Assembly (NCBI GenBank): GCA_033442325.1
Contig: JAWQFM010000003.1
Span: 1,029,651 to 1,093,650, forward strand
Origin: Salpingoeca rosetta
Lineage: Eukaryota; Protista; Choanoflagellata
Length of the DNA: 64,000 nt
Reading direction: 5' to 3'
The notes beneath the pieces were generated by a model. It did not search any database. It was not told where the DNA came from and worked only from the letters and a program-made list of their open reading frames with translations. Positions 1 through 16,409 of this stretch are shown one piece after another. Numbering within the stretch: the first letter of the stretch is position 1; each line of letters begins with the position of its first letter. The position numbers and the translations under genes are program-made.

Positions 1-153
1 GATGATTGAAAAGACGGAGAGACACCTCCAATTGTTGGAGCGGCTCCACACTGCAAAGTTAGAAGCTGCGCACCAGGAGAACAGCTCTCGCTTTGCTCGC
101 CTTCTCTCCCCAGAAGCCCTCGGTGCGTGCGTGCGTGCGTGTGTGCGTATGTG

Positions 154-185
<32 letters not shown>

Positions 186-1066
186 GAGGTGTGTGATGTG
201 TGCAAGTGTGTGCAAGTGTGTGAGTGTGTGGTTGTTGTTATATATGTGTGTGTGCTGTTGAGAGCTGCGGAGGTTGCGCAGAGTCGCAGCTCATCCTTCC
301 TCGGCCTTCCTCATCCTCTTCGCTTTCCCAAAACGCACACACACACACACCCTCTCTTTCTTCCAGAGGGCATGCAAGGGAAGGTTGATTCGCTGTCGGA
401 ACACCTGAGCATGCTTGTATCGAGGAAAGACGCCATTCGCACCAAGCTCGCGAAACAACCCAGCAACTTCATCGACCTCCCCGTACACCTCCACCAGTGA
501 GTAGACATCCTCCTTGTGCGCGCGTGTGTGTATGTGTATGCGTGTGCATGTGTGTGTGTGTGTGTGTGTTTGCACACTCACACCACATCCCTTGAAACAC
601 GCGCGCGCACACATGCGCATGCAGGGCCATGATTGACCTTGCCAAGTCCATCCTGAGAGACCTGCACCACTTTCGCCAAACGCTCGCCCAAGTCCAAGCT
701 GCCATGTCCTTTCCCGTCAGTGACACTGTCAAGGTAGCATAAATGTGGTCTGACGCATCCCACCATCTCGCATGTGTTCGTACCTCCCCACGCCAAATAT
801 ACAGGCACACACACACACACTCACACGCACACGCACTCACACACACACGCACTCACACACACGCACTCACACACACACATACACACACATACACACATAC
901 ACACACACACGCTCACGCACTCACACCTCGTCCCATCCCCCCTTTCCCTGACCTGTGGTGGTGTCAGCAACTTGAGAGCAGGCTGTCCCGCGGGCAGGAG
1001 GAGACAATGGCGCAGCTGAACGCGCTGTTGCCGCGCTTGCTGCACCTCAGTAGCCAACACCAATGA
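1..1066 (+). CDS. 3' part of a coiled-coil protein resembling HAUS augmin-like complex subunit 2 (4 exons seen; 5' end may lie outside the window)
   Basis: Exons ~1-121, 367-496, 625-732, 968-1066 splice to ...LSPEAL/EGMQGKVDSLSEHLSMLVSRKDAIRTKLAKQPSNFIDLPVHLH/RAMIDLAKSILRDLHHF.../QLESRL...HQ*. The pattern HL..L..K..IR.KL.K.P...LP...HR.M..L recalls HAUS2. Confidence 0.5.
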
Positions 1067-1464
1067 CCTATTTCCGCCACTTCCACCCTCACCCGAACAC
1101 ACACAATCCGCACAGCAACCACCAGCAGCAGCGGCAGTATTGCTGTGTTCTTGCTTCCATCTTGTGTTGCCTTGTTTAATCATGCCTATTCGTTTATTAA
1201 TCGACTACCTATGCCTGTGAGCCACATCCCCTGCTTTCACATCTGAATGCGCATGTTGGCATGCACACTGAGACCCCTCACCGAGCAGTCCACACTGCAC
1301 GTAAATGAAGAAATGCACATGCAAGCGCTGACACTTCTACAGTCGTGATGTAATGTGCAACACACAATTGGACACAAGCACACACACACACACACACACA
1401 CATCCATCCATCCATCCACATCCACATGCACATCCAAACACACAAGCACACACGCACATGCATG

Positions 1465-2301
1465 TCACGTCCATGGGAGGAAAAGGGCGTGCAGGGCAGT
1501 CCCCATGACGGCATATGCAAGCGACACGCGCAGCCACACACTTCCTTGCCACCACGCACCCGTGCGAAACACATGGGCGCCAAACCAGTACAACAGCGGC
1601 GAGGCAGAGGCGAGCAGGCGCGTGGACACTTGCACGTGCATGGTGAGCAGCGCAAAGAGCGACAGAAAGGCGTGGTACACGGCAACAACAAACACCCGCC
1701 CATCCCCAAACCCGCCAGCGGTCGCATTGCAATGAGCACGAGTGCGGGGCGGACGCGTGATTGCAGGTGTTGTCGTTGTCGCCATCATCGTTGTGCGATT
1801 GTGGCCCTGTTGTGTCTGGCGTTTGCGCGCACCGTGGTGATGGTGCTGTGAATGCACGCGTGCGTGTGCTTGGACGGCTGAAGCTGGAGCTGTTGCTGGT
1901 GGCGATGTGTCTGTTGTTGCAGCTGCCGCGGTTACTTGTGGCGCTGGCGACTTCTGATGGCGTGCGTGGCGGAGCAGCGAGGCCAGGGGCACCATGGCGT
2001 CCGTGATGCAATCACCCACGGGCCCGCGAAGAGCGAGGGTGGATAAATGCTCCGGTTTCAACCGCACGTGCGTCCACACGGCAGCGACAGATGCAACCAT
2101 CACAGGTGCAGCAAGCACAAAGTTGGGAAGCTGTGATGTGTGCGTGTGTGTGATGTGAAGTGTGTGTGTGTGTGTTGATGTGGAACGGGAAAAGGCGCTG
2201 GCAGTGGATAGGAGGGAAGGAGTGGGTGTATGCGCGTCCCAAAAGTGAATACCCATCACCCCCAAACACACACACACACACACACACACACCCATCACCC
2301 C

Positions 2302-2338
<37 letters not shown>

Positions 2339-4308
2339 ACACAAGTAGCAGCATGGGCGTGCTCACTTGCGCTGCCTGGTACTGTTGGAGGAAGCCGACG
2401 TGCCAGTAATGATGTTGAATGTACCCGTAGATGGAAGGAATGGTGCTGTTGCACCATGGTGGTGGCGGATCATATGCAACAGTTGTGTGACCATCATCAC
2501 CCGTGCGGTCGATGCAGAACACAGTGTAGGCGTATGCCTGGAACGCAATGAAGGGAGCAACGATGATCGCTACCCCGAAACATGCACGGGCCAGCGCTCG
2601 CGGGATTGACGAGGACGTGCACAGCGCAAAGTGGACAACGAAGCCTAAACGGAGTACATAACAGCAGCAGCAGCAGCAGACACACGCACGCACGAGAAAG
2701 CTGTCGGGTCAGGAGGAGTTGGACAAGAAGCGTTGTGGCAGGAGGGGTTGATGGGGTGTGCGTGTGGTGTGCGTTAGGTGTTGTGTGGCGAGTGGCTCTT
2801 TGTATCCACATTCATCAAAGTGAAACTGGCAGGTGCATCTAGACGCACCTGCAGTGACAACGCCGTTGGACCGCATGCACGTTGCCAGTGCGAAGAGAAT
2901 GCTTGCAGGCAGCAGCCTGAGCAGCACAGCAGATGACGCCGGGGTCTTGGGAGGTGTCTCGACCACTGTGTGGCCTTGATCCTCGCCGTAGACATCGTCA
3001 CAGTAAAAGTTGCCTCTGAACAGCCAATACAGTGCAGAGAAGACGAGCAGCGCAAAGATGGACTCTGTGTAGGCTGCGCCAAAGAATGGCAGCGCCGGAT
3101 TTACAGCGAACAACATCGCAGCAACACGCGCATCCCTCTCGTTGCCCATCACCTGTCGCACATGTGTGTGTGTGTGAGTGAGTGTGTGTGTGTGTGTGTG
3201 TGTGAGTGCATGCGTGTGTGCGTGAGTGTGTGAGTGCATGCGTGCGTGAGTGAGTGAGTGAGTGCGTGAGTGAGTGAGTGAGTGAGTGTGTACGTCAGTC
3301 TACAAATGCATGCGCGCTTTTACATGGGTGAGTGTCTGCATGCATTGACGCTGTTGTGGTTGTGGCTGCTTTCTTGTGTGTCTGCGTGCGTGAGTCCAGA
3401 GCCATGACACGCTGCACTGTCTTCTTCATTGGGAACCTCACCTCGCGTGTGAGCTTGAACAACATGGCAGTGGCAAGGAAGAATGCAACCGCGTTGGCCG
3501 CCTCAATGCTGGCTGCTGCCCAGCACCGGCAAGACGGCATCCCTCGCGCCCACGAGCCAATCGCTGCGAGACCAGGGAAGAACGCAAAGTTCTGCACCAG
3601 AAGCCATGCGACACACACACACACACGCACACACATACACATACACATTATAAAGACAGTGAGGCGGTGTGATTCAAAGCAGTAGCGGCGTGGATGCCGC
3701 TGCGAGAGAATGCGCGTGGTGCTTGTGGTTGACAAGGTATTGAAAGACATGTTGGTACTGTGGGTGCATTGTCCACACCTGCTCATGTTGATAGCCGTGG
3801 CACGCAATGTTGGCAAAGTACACGCCATCCCATGTGGCGAGCCTGTTCCAAGCACATGCCAACACACGTAAGATCCGAGCAACACGCCACTGTGCTGCGG
3901 CAGCAAGAAGTGTTGCATGACCACAAGTATCCGTGTGAACACACACCACATCCGCACACACGTCCACACATCCACACGTCCACACATCCACACACACACG
4001 TCCACACACACACACACACACACATTCGCACACACATACACACGCACACACACGTCCACACACACACACACACACACATTCGCACACACACACACACACG
4101 CACACATGTAACCATCAACATCAACGCACGCTTGCACGATGGACGGGCAGTGAAAGGTGTCGTTGTCGGCTGCTTCATTGTCATACTGGAAGAAGATGTC
4201 AAGGGAGGTGTCATAGGGATCAAACCAGCTCGCACACAGCCAACTGCAGCCCAACAACACCAACCTCGCTCCAAACGCAACCGCAACTGTCTCCTCCATC
4301 CATCCCAT
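1465..4308 (-). CDS. PIGV: GPI mannosyltransferase 2 (multi-exon)
   Basis: Motifs [92 protein letters not shown]; GT-AG introns. Confidence 0.93.
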
Positions 4309-4372
4309 TCCCCGCCGTGCACTGGCTACTGCTGTTGTTTTGTTTGTTTGTTGTTTTGTGTTGTGTCAATTG

Positions 4373-4398
4373 CGAAATTTCATGGATATTTTCAGCAA
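4373..4398 (-). promoter_or_regulatory. Candidate promoter motif copy 1 (PIGV/QARS divergent region)
   Basis: Minus strand TTGCTGAAAATATCCATGAAATTTCG; fits TTGYTnAnnATnTnnnnnAAWTTTCS. Confidence 0.45.
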
Positions 4399-4654
4399 CT
4401 TCTCTTTCACGTGTGGATGGTGCGAGCTGTGTAACTGCTGCTGTTTGCGTGGCATGGCATGGTGGTGGTGCTGTGTGTGGTGGTGTGGGTGGCGCACACC
4501 TCTGCTTTGCTGTGCTGTGCTGTGCTGTGCTGTGCTGTGCTTGCGTTGGTTTGATTCACTTTCCTTGCTTGCTTCGCATCCACGACAACCCGCATTCACC
4601 TCGCTCACATCACGCGCACTCCAGGTTCAGGAGCACAACGAGTACAACGACATC

Positions 4655-6864
4655 ATGACAAGTGTGGCGGATAAGCTGAAGAAATTTGGCCTCAACGACT
4701 CCAAGGTCGTCGAGGTCGAGAAGAACAAGGTCACCACGAACGCCCTCCTCTCGTTCCTCGAGAAGGTGTGTATTTGGTGTGTTGTGGTGTGTTTGTGTGC
4801 AGAAGCTTGTATCACCTCGGAGCAGCGCGTGCGTGTACACACACGTGTTCGCAAGTGCTTCTATGTTTGCCTTGGCATCTCTGGATTGTCACATGCCCAA
4901 CATCGACTCACGCACGCACGCACACACACACACACACATGCACACACACACACATGCACACACACGCACGCACACACACCTACGCACACACACACACACA
5001 TGCACACACGCACACTCCCTCACTCCCTCACTCCCTCACACAACGCGCACACACACACACACTCGCTCACTCCATTCACCCCCACAGTATGGCAAGGATG
5101 AGCTGGACTCCGGTCATGCCACGCTTCTGTTCACTCTGGCCTCCTTGCTGCCCAAGAGCAAGTTCATGACAGAGGAGTACATCAACAAGCTCTACGACGC
5201 AATCACGTATGGTACCACGCACAGAAAGAGAGATAGTGTGTGTATGTGTGTTGGTGAGAGAGTGAGAGAGTTTGTGTATGTGCATGTTAACATGTGTCCT
5301 TCCGTTCCGGCAGCGACATTGAACAAGGCTGCCCCTTCGACCACCATCATTCGCGCCCATTCGCTCGCTCTTCTCATGTTACTTTGTGCGTTCCTTGTCC
5401 TTCTACGCTTGCGGATGTTGCAGGAACAACCAGATTACCATGAGGCCGCAGCTTGATGGTGAGCAGCTGCGCTCAAGCTTCCGTCTTCCCACATGCCTCC
5501 TTGATCTTGCTCCATTTTGCCTCCCTCTCCCCTCCTCTCCCTCACTGCCATATTGCGGCACCACCCCCACAAGCCTGCAACACAACGAAACGCCAGTGTC
5601 TTCAGCTCTCACCCCTCACTTTGCTCCGCGTTGCTTGGCTTCCCTCTGCTTCCCTTTGCTTCCCTTGGTTTTGGATGCCCTGTGCAGCTGCCCTTGCGTT
5701 TTTCCGCGGCTGCCGCGGTGACATGAGCGGATTTGAGTCTGCGTGCGGCATTGGCATCACTGTCACCGCCGAGGACATCACCGCTGCGGTGAAGAAGGTG
5801 ATTGATGACAACCTGCCGGAGCTCAAGAAGCAGCGCTACCGCTTCCCGATTGGCAAGCTCATGGGTAAGCAGCCGCCAGCGAAAGGTTGTGTGGGGTTTG
5901 GGATGGCGATTGCGTGGTGGTCGAGAATGGTGCACGTATGCATGCATGCAAGTGGCACAAGGCGTGCAAGTCGTGCATCAGTATGAACTGCACACACGCG
6001 CGCGCACACACGCACACACGCGCGCGCACACACCGCACATTACGCACTGTGCGCGCACCCGGCTTACCCAACGCGCTCACTCAAGCACACACGTTCATAC
6101 ACACACACATGCGCATGTGTTGGGCAAAGGTGGCGTGCGTGCGCTGCAGCCATGGGCGGACCAGAAGGCGGTGAAGGCCGAGGTTGACGCGCAGGTGCTG
6201 GCAGTGCTGGGCCCCAAGACAGAGGAGGACATGAAGAAGCCTGTCAAGACGAAGGTGAAGGATAAGAAGCCAAAGGCCGAGAAGAAGAAGAAGGACGAGC
6301 TCGCCGACACGCCCGAGGAAGTGACGTTCAAGGGCGCCGCAGCCAAGTTCCACAGCGTGGGCGAGAACGACCAGACGGACGGGTATGTGCTGACGCCCAA
6401 CACGGTACGGCTGCTGAAGGAGCACTACGACGCTGTCGGCGGCAAGGTGCACACGCGTTTCCCGCCCGAACCAAACGGTATCCTCCACATTGGCCACGCA
6501 AAGGCCATCACCTTCAACTTTGCATACGCCCGCGACCGCGGTGGCAACTGCTATCTCAGGTGTGTGTGTGTGTGTATGTGTGTGTATGTGTGTGTGTATG
6601 TGTGTGTATGTGTGAATGTCTAAGGGGGGGGGTGTTCTGTTACTTGTGGCGTAGTTGTGACGTGTGCTCACTGCTGTGACAAAATCATCTGGGATTGCCA
6701 GGTATGATGACACCAACCCTGAGGCCGAGGACGAGGAGTTTTTCCGGGGCATTCTTCGCGATGTCACGTGGCTCGGACACACCCCCTTCAAAATCACACA
6801 CTCCTCCGGTAAGGGCCGCACACACATGAACATGCACACGCACATACATACATGCATGCACGCA

Positions 6865-6895
<31 letters not shown>

Positions 6896-7411
6896 TCTCT
6901 CTCTCTATCTGTGCAACGGGTGCTCATGCGTGCCTGACCATGCTTGTGGTGCGCAGACTACTTCGACGAGCTGTACGCGGCCGCTGTTGAGCTGATCAAG
7001 CGCGACAAGGCATACGTCTGCCACCAGCAGGCCGAGGAGGTGTGTGCGTGGCTGTTGGTACTCCTGTTGATACTGCTGGGGGGTTGGGGTGGTGTGGTGA
7101 AGAGGCCGAACTTCGTGCGTGTGCGTGTGCGTATTTGTGTGTGTCGCTTCCGCCACAACCAAGACACTGACGGCCAAGTATTGTACCTTTTGTCTGCTCA
7201 ATGTTTGCCCACGTGTGTGGCGTGTGTGGCGTGTGCAGCTGAAAGGGTATGCAGACCGGAAGGAGTCACCGTGGCGGGACCGGCCGATTTCCGAGTCGCT
7301 GCAGCTGTTTGAAGACATGCGCCGCGGCCTCATTGACGAGGGCAAGGCAACACTCCGCATGAAGCACATCATGGAGGTGAGACATCTTCACGCACACATC
7401 CACATCCACAT

Positions 7412-7461
<50 letters not shown>

Positions 7462-8722
7462 CTACATCCACACATCCACATCCACATTTACATGCACATC
7501 CACATGCATACGCACACACACATAAGCTGTGCGTGGTATTGGAGGGAGGTTGAGACTTCACTGGTGATGTTGCTGTTGTTGTTGTGTGTATGATGGCAAT
7601 GTGTGTTTGTTTGTTGACGCCGCTGTCAATGCTCACGTGCGCCTGCATGGCACCCTATCATGTGCACACAATCTCCACTGCCACCACGACCCAACAGGAC
7701 GGCAAGATTGATCCTGTTGCGTACCGCATCAAGTTCACGCCGCACCCGCGCACGGGCGACAAGTGGTGCATCTACCCGACCTACGACTTCACCCACTGCC
7801 TCTGCGATTCGCTGGAGAACATCACGTGCGAGCACTTGTGCCGCTGACAAAGCGAGGGAGGGGAGGGAAGAGGATGTTTGCCTCGTCTTTGCGTCTTGGC
7901 AACGAAGTACTCGTGCAATTGTTGCTGTTGCTGTTGTTGCCTCTGTTGCCTTTGCTGCTTGCGTTGCTCAGGTCTCACTCATCGCTGTTTTGACATATGT
8001 ACGTGTGTGTGTGTGTGTGTGTGCCAGGCACTCGCTGTGCACGAAGGAGTTCCAGAACCGCCGCTCGTCTTACTACTGGCTCTGCAACGCCCTCGACTGG
8101 TACTGCCCAGTCCAGGTCAGTACTTGTGTGCGCGTGTGTATCTTTGTGCGTATCTGTGTTTGTTTGAGTGTGTGTTTTGGCTTTGATTTCTTCGTCTGCG
8201 TGTTTCACCACACCCTTGTCACTGCCACTCACGCCCTGGCTGTGCGTTGTTGTATTGTGACGTGTGCAGTGGGAGTACGGCCGGCTGAACCTGTCGTACG
8301 CGCTCGTGTCCAAGCGCAAGATTGGCAAGCTGATTGCCTCTGGCATTGTGCGCGGCTGGGACGATCCTCGCCTCTTCACCCTCGCCGCCCTCAGGTTGGA
8401 GCTGTGGGTGTGGGGGGGGGGGCGGGTCTGTGCCTGTGTGTGTGTTCTTTGTGTTTCGGTGTGTGTTCTCTGCATTGCTTTATCTCACCTGCTGCAACGG
8501 CGTTGCGCCGTCACTGCCTCGCCCAGGCGCCGCGGGTTCCCTCCCGCCGCCATCACGGACTTTTGCAACAAAGTCGGCGTCACAGAGAGCCAGTCGCTGG
8601 TGCGTTTACATATGACGTGCTGCCTACCATTGCTGAACCATCTCGTGTTGTTGTTGTTGTTGTTGTTGTTGTTGTCGTCGTCGTCGTTGTTGTTGTTGTC
8701 GTTGTCGTTGTTGTCGTTGTCG

Positions 8723-8792
<70 letters not shown>

Positions 8793-10054
8793 GGAAGACC
8801 ATTGCACTGCACTCCGTATCTGCATCGGCGCTGTCGTTTGCGTCATCGTCATCATCATCATCAACAACAACAACAACAAATCACGGTGTCTAACCGCATT
8901 CACACACACACACTCACCGCCACGACCTTGTTTGTTTGCGGTGCTGTCTGCAGACGCACCCTGCGCTGCTTGAGGCGTGCGTGCGCGACCTGCTGAACAA
9001 GACGGCGCGCCGCGTCATGGCTGTGCTGGACCCAATCAAGGTGACGATTGAGGGCGACTGCGTCCCGTCAGAGGTGGCCATGCAGAACAACCCTCTTGAC
9101 GAGGCCGCGGGCACGCACACCGTGCACATGTGCAACGTCGTCTACATTGACCGGGACGACTTCTCAGAGAACCCGCCAAAGGGTGCGTTGGATGTTTGGT
9201 GTGTGCGGTGTGTGGTGTGTTTGTGGGTCTGCGTGAGTTGGCTTCTCCTTCATGCCTTGATGCCGCTTGGCTGCAAACACGCGCACGTACTCTTGACACT
9301 TGCACGCTGACCTGGTTCCCCATGTGATGTGCAGGGTACAAGCGGCTGACGCCCGAGCAGCCGGTTGGCCTCAAGGGCGCCGGCCTCGTGCTCTCGCTCA
9401 AGTCTGTGAAGAAGGACACGGACGGCAACGTCACAGAGCTCGTTGTCAGTGCAGAGCCCGCCACAAAGGAGAACAAGCCAAAGGTACGCATGTATGTGCG
9501 CGTCTGTGTGTGTATGTGTGTGTGTGTGTCAGCGTGTGAGTATCTTGGCGTGATGACTCTTTTGTTGTCTGCGCGAGTACCCGTGAGACGCTGCGCTGCG
9601 TACATCGAGTGCACTGCACCCCGCTTCCTCACACACTCACTCACGCAATCTTTCACCCACTGCTGAATCTGTGCGCAGGCATTTATCCACTGGGTGTCGT
9701 CGGCGTCGCCGGATGTGGAGCCCCGCCGCGCCCAGGTCCTCGTCTTCCACCAGCTGTACGTACACACACACACACGCACACACGCACACACACACACGCA
9801 CACACACATGTGCGGTTGTTGGCAAGTCCATGCTAAAAGGACAATGTTCTGGCTGCGTGCGCGTGTTTCGACAGTAGCACACATAATCACGCACGTTAAC
9901 GCACATGTTCACCCCCATCCATGCACTGCTGCACGTTCAGGTTCAAGACAGAGAACCCGCAGGAGGGTGGCAACATGATGAAGAACGTCAACGAGGTGCG
10001 CGGACATCGGCACCACATGCAACTGCCATCTCCCTGCACCTCGCGCGTGCCCAG

Positions 10055-10095
<41 letters not shown>

Positions 10096-10499
10096 GTTCC
10101 GACGGCCACTTTGCCTTTCACTCACTTGTGCACGTGCTCATTCCATGTCCAGAACTCGCTCGACGTCTTTGACGCCATGATCGACGAGGGCGTTAACAGT
10201 GAGTGTGTTTGTGTGCGTGAGAGTGTGTATGTGAGTGAGTGTCTGCGTGTCTGTCTGGGTCTGTGTCTGTCTCTGTGAGTGAGCGGATATGCTCGTGCAA
10301 GCTAGCAGCGCGTGCATGTCTCAACACTGAACATCGTGCCTTGTCTCACACACTTGTGCACACTTCCGTGCGCCATGCCCACCACCCACGACCACGACTT
10401 CCATGGCAGACCTGACGCCCGGCACCGTGTACCAGTTTGAGCGCATCGGCTACTTTGCTGTCGACACCGAGACAAAGAAGGACCAGGTTTGTGTGTGCG

Positions 10500-10561
<62 letters not shown>

Positions 10562-10698
10562 TTGTGTGTGTGTGTGCGTGTGTGGCGTGCGTGTGTGTGT
10601 AACTCATTAGCCCACTGATCGTGTGCTGCTTGCCACAGATTGTGTTCAACCGCACCGTTGCCCTGCGTGAGGACTCTGGCAAGAAGAAGACAAAGTGA
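4655..10698 (+). CDS. QARS: Glutaminyl-tRNA synthetase, eukaryotic type with N-terminal domain (many introns)
   Basis: [18 protein letters not shown] (HIGH), [102 protein letters not shown]. Confidence 0.97.
8646..8792. repeat. (GTT/GTC)n trinucleotide microsatellite in a QARS intron
   Basis: Directly visible. Confidence 0.95.
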
Positions 10699-11038
10699 GG
10701 CGGCAGCAACGCATGAGCAGAGAAACGACGACGATGGACGCCAGCAGCAACTGATGCTTCTGTGCATGGAATTGGTGTTGATTGTTGTGTCTCTGTTCGC
10801 TGTCTTCACCTCCTTTGCCTTGTGCCTTGTCCTTTCCCCTTCCTTTTTCTCTCTCCCTCTCTTTCTCCATTTGCTGGTGCTTGCTTGGAATAGCACTTGT
10901 CTGTGTTGTGGTTTGTGTGCTGTATTGCTCGAAAAGTAGACGTTTGTACTCGCCCCTTCCTCCTTGCACAGCAAGCGCTATGTAACATGACGGCCACTGA
11001 ATGGGCCGGAAGGGTGCATCATGCACAGTAACAGGAAC

Positions 11039-13320
<2,282 letters not shown>

Positions 13321-13653
13321 TTGGTGCTTGTGAGAGTGTGATTGTGTGTGTGTGTGTGTGTGTGATTGTGTGATATGACATGATGAGGGTGCGTGTCTGT
13401 GTGACATGACATGATTGGTGTGCCTGCGTGTGTGTGTGTGATTGAGTGTGTGTGTATGTGTCGCACACGCACCTCTCTTGCTTCTGAGCCCTCATGTTTG
13501 TTGTCATGTCCATCCATGGCTTGTTGTCTTCGTTCATCACTTACAATGTACAGGCAGGGCAGTCAATTAGCATGCAGCAATGTCACATCAGCAAAGGCAT
13601 CGTCGTGTCTCACACCACACCACACTCAAGCCACATGTTCACGCGCGTTATGG

Positions 13654-13984
13654 TTATGACTTGGATGCATATGATCGGTACTGGGCGCTGTAGCCGCGGT
13701 CACGCCCGCGTCGGCCCGAGGAGGACGACGAAAGGGAAGGGTGCTGGCTAAAGCTCCCTCGACGGCTTGGTTGCGGTGTCTCCGCAGCTGTCGCCAAGGC
13801 AAGCAGCCTACACCAAGGGAACAAGCGGTCCACAACAGAAGGCACAAGGGGGGAGGGGGTGAGGCACCAGCAGCAGCGCTCGGCAATGACAATGACCGCT
13901 GTTGTCACAATGCACACTAACCAGTGACCCACACGCGTAGGCATACACGAGTACGCACCCACTGAAACAAAATCCCCAACACAA

Positions 13985-14059
<75 letters not shown>

Positions 14060-14746
14060 GCATCACACACAAGCATCACACACAAGCATCACACACACAA
14101 GCATCACACAAGCATCACACACACAAGCATCACACACACAAACCCATACGTTGCGACTCTGTCGCGCTCCTGCTGCTGCCGCTGGAGCTGCCGCTGCTTC
14201 ATGGTGTTCATGCTGTTCTCGTGCTCGCCTGAGCTGTGATCAGCCTTGCCGTGATGCCGTCGCTTCTTGTCTTTCTTCTCCTTCTTGTGCTTCTTGTGCT
14301 TGTGTTTCTTGTGTTTCCTGTGCTTCTTGCTCCTCTTGTGATGTGAGGCAGCATCGCTGCCACCACTGCTGTCACTTGCACTGCCATCCCTGTCGTGGGT
14401 GCGGGGCGCAGCTGATGCTGGTGCTGTGTGCTGTGCAGCTGCAAGTGACGAGGAGGACGAGGAGAAGTGCGGCGGTGGCGGGCGATGGCCACGTGCAACA
14501 GAGGGCGAATTGCCCAAGAGGGGCGGGGCAAGGCGGCGCTCTCGGTCCTCTTGCTTCCTGCGGGCATCTGTCCTCCTTTTCTCCATGGCGTGCAGATGCG
14601 TCTACGCAAAGGTGGGGGAGAAGGATAGAGGCGTTGGAGAGGTGAATTTGCAGAGAGGTGGCACGTTGGAGGACAGGCACAGTGTGTGTGTGTGTGATAT
14701 GTGTGTGTATGATGTGTGTTTGTGTGTGTGTGTGTGTTTGTGTGTG

Positions 14747-14825
<79 letters not shown>

Positions 14826-14830
14826 ATGAT

Positions 14831-14887
<57 letters not shown>

Positions 14888-16187
14888 GGATATGTGTGCG
14901 GTGGTTGTGATATGCCCAGGAAGTGATGAACCATGCATCTCACCTTCATGGTGTCAAGGGGGTCAAACTCGCGGTGCTTGCTTGGCTGCGGAGGCTGTGC
15001 CGTGACTAATGCAAGGGATCCATTCTCTCCCTGATCCTCTGGAGCCATTCCCTCGCCCGCATGCACCTGGTCCTCACGGCTGTACCACGGTTGCTGGCCT
15101 AAGCAGTGATGTCCCACAAGGGGATGGGTGAGCATGGAAACAGGTGCGATGGAGAGAGGGGGGTGAGGAACACGGATGTTGAAGGAAGTGGATATAGCAC
15201 GAGCGGGCAAAGAGAGGGCCGAGCATGCGCTATGAGTGAACGACAGAATCCAGCAGCGCTGAAAGCATTCGTACAAACACACACACACACACACACACAC
15301 CCTTTGCGTCGAGGACTGTTTGGCCAAGATACTTGAGGGCGCCGACTTTCTTCTGCCATGCTTCAAGTTCCTCTTTCTTCTTCTTTTCCTTGTTGGCGGC
15401 ATGTTGACGCTCCTTCTGTTGAACACCAAGTGCAAACGAAACAAATCGCCCGCCGTCCCACAACAGCACCGTGAGCGATGAATGATAGCAACCGTCACGG
15501 TTAATGTATGCGTGTGGGCGTGGATCCAAGCTGAGCTGAGTCGCAGGAGAGAGCAGCAGGGAACGGGCAGACACGCCTGCGAACGTACGTGTGCTTGTTC
15601 CAGGTCTTCAAAGAAGTTGATGTGGCCAGAGGCCGTGGTCAGCGTCGGCTCTGGTGCTGGTATCTTGTCTTTGTCTTGTTTGCGCTGCTTGTGCTCGCGC
15701 CCATGTTCACGCTTGTGGCGGCGATGTTGGCGCTGCGCGTCCACGTCGCGCGCGATCGCTGCCAGGTCATCCTCTTCAGCGCCAGCGCCGGCAACCTCGT
15801 CATCGCCGCGCTTGGCTCGCTTCCTCAGCACGTCCAGCCGCACTTCAGAGTCCTAACACACACAAAGCAAATCAACCACACGAGAGAAGAGGGTGGTGGA
15901 GTGGGTGTACGCAAGGGCACGGCTATCAAAAGCACAATCACAAAACAAAAAGCACAGCACAACATCCAGCACACACGCACAAACCTATTCGTGCACATCA
16001 CACAAACGAGGGCAGAAAGAGAGTGGGAGAAAGAGCAAAGTGGACGTACAGCCTTTCTGGTCCGCCTTTGACGCTCTTCCTCCTCTCGTTGGGCCTGTTC
16101 TTCATCCTTGCGGACCCGTTCCCTGTTCTTGAAGTTCCAGACGTTCCAGCTCTTGTGCGGCAAGATGCGCAGCCCACCGCCGCCCAT
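13654..16187 (-). CDS. LENG1: Leukocyte receptor cluster member 1 homolog (CIR N-terminal domain)
   Basis: LRILPHKSWNVWNFKNRERVRKDEE, GHINFFEDLE, LKYLGQT, QPWY, Lys/His-rich tract, C-terminal YSAQY. Confidence 0.85.
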
Positions 16188-16268
16188 CGTCGCTGTGCTT
16201 GCTTGGGTGGTCGATCGCTGACTGCAATTTATGGTGTTCTTGCTCTGACTTGGTGGACAACAACTCCG

Positions 16269-16360
16269 ATGCGTCTTGTTGTGCGGACAGCTGTGGCGGC
16301 CACAGTGGCTGTGCTCACCATCGCCTACGCGCTGTCATCTCTGCACTGCACAGGTAAGGT

Positions 16361-16409
<49 letters not shown>

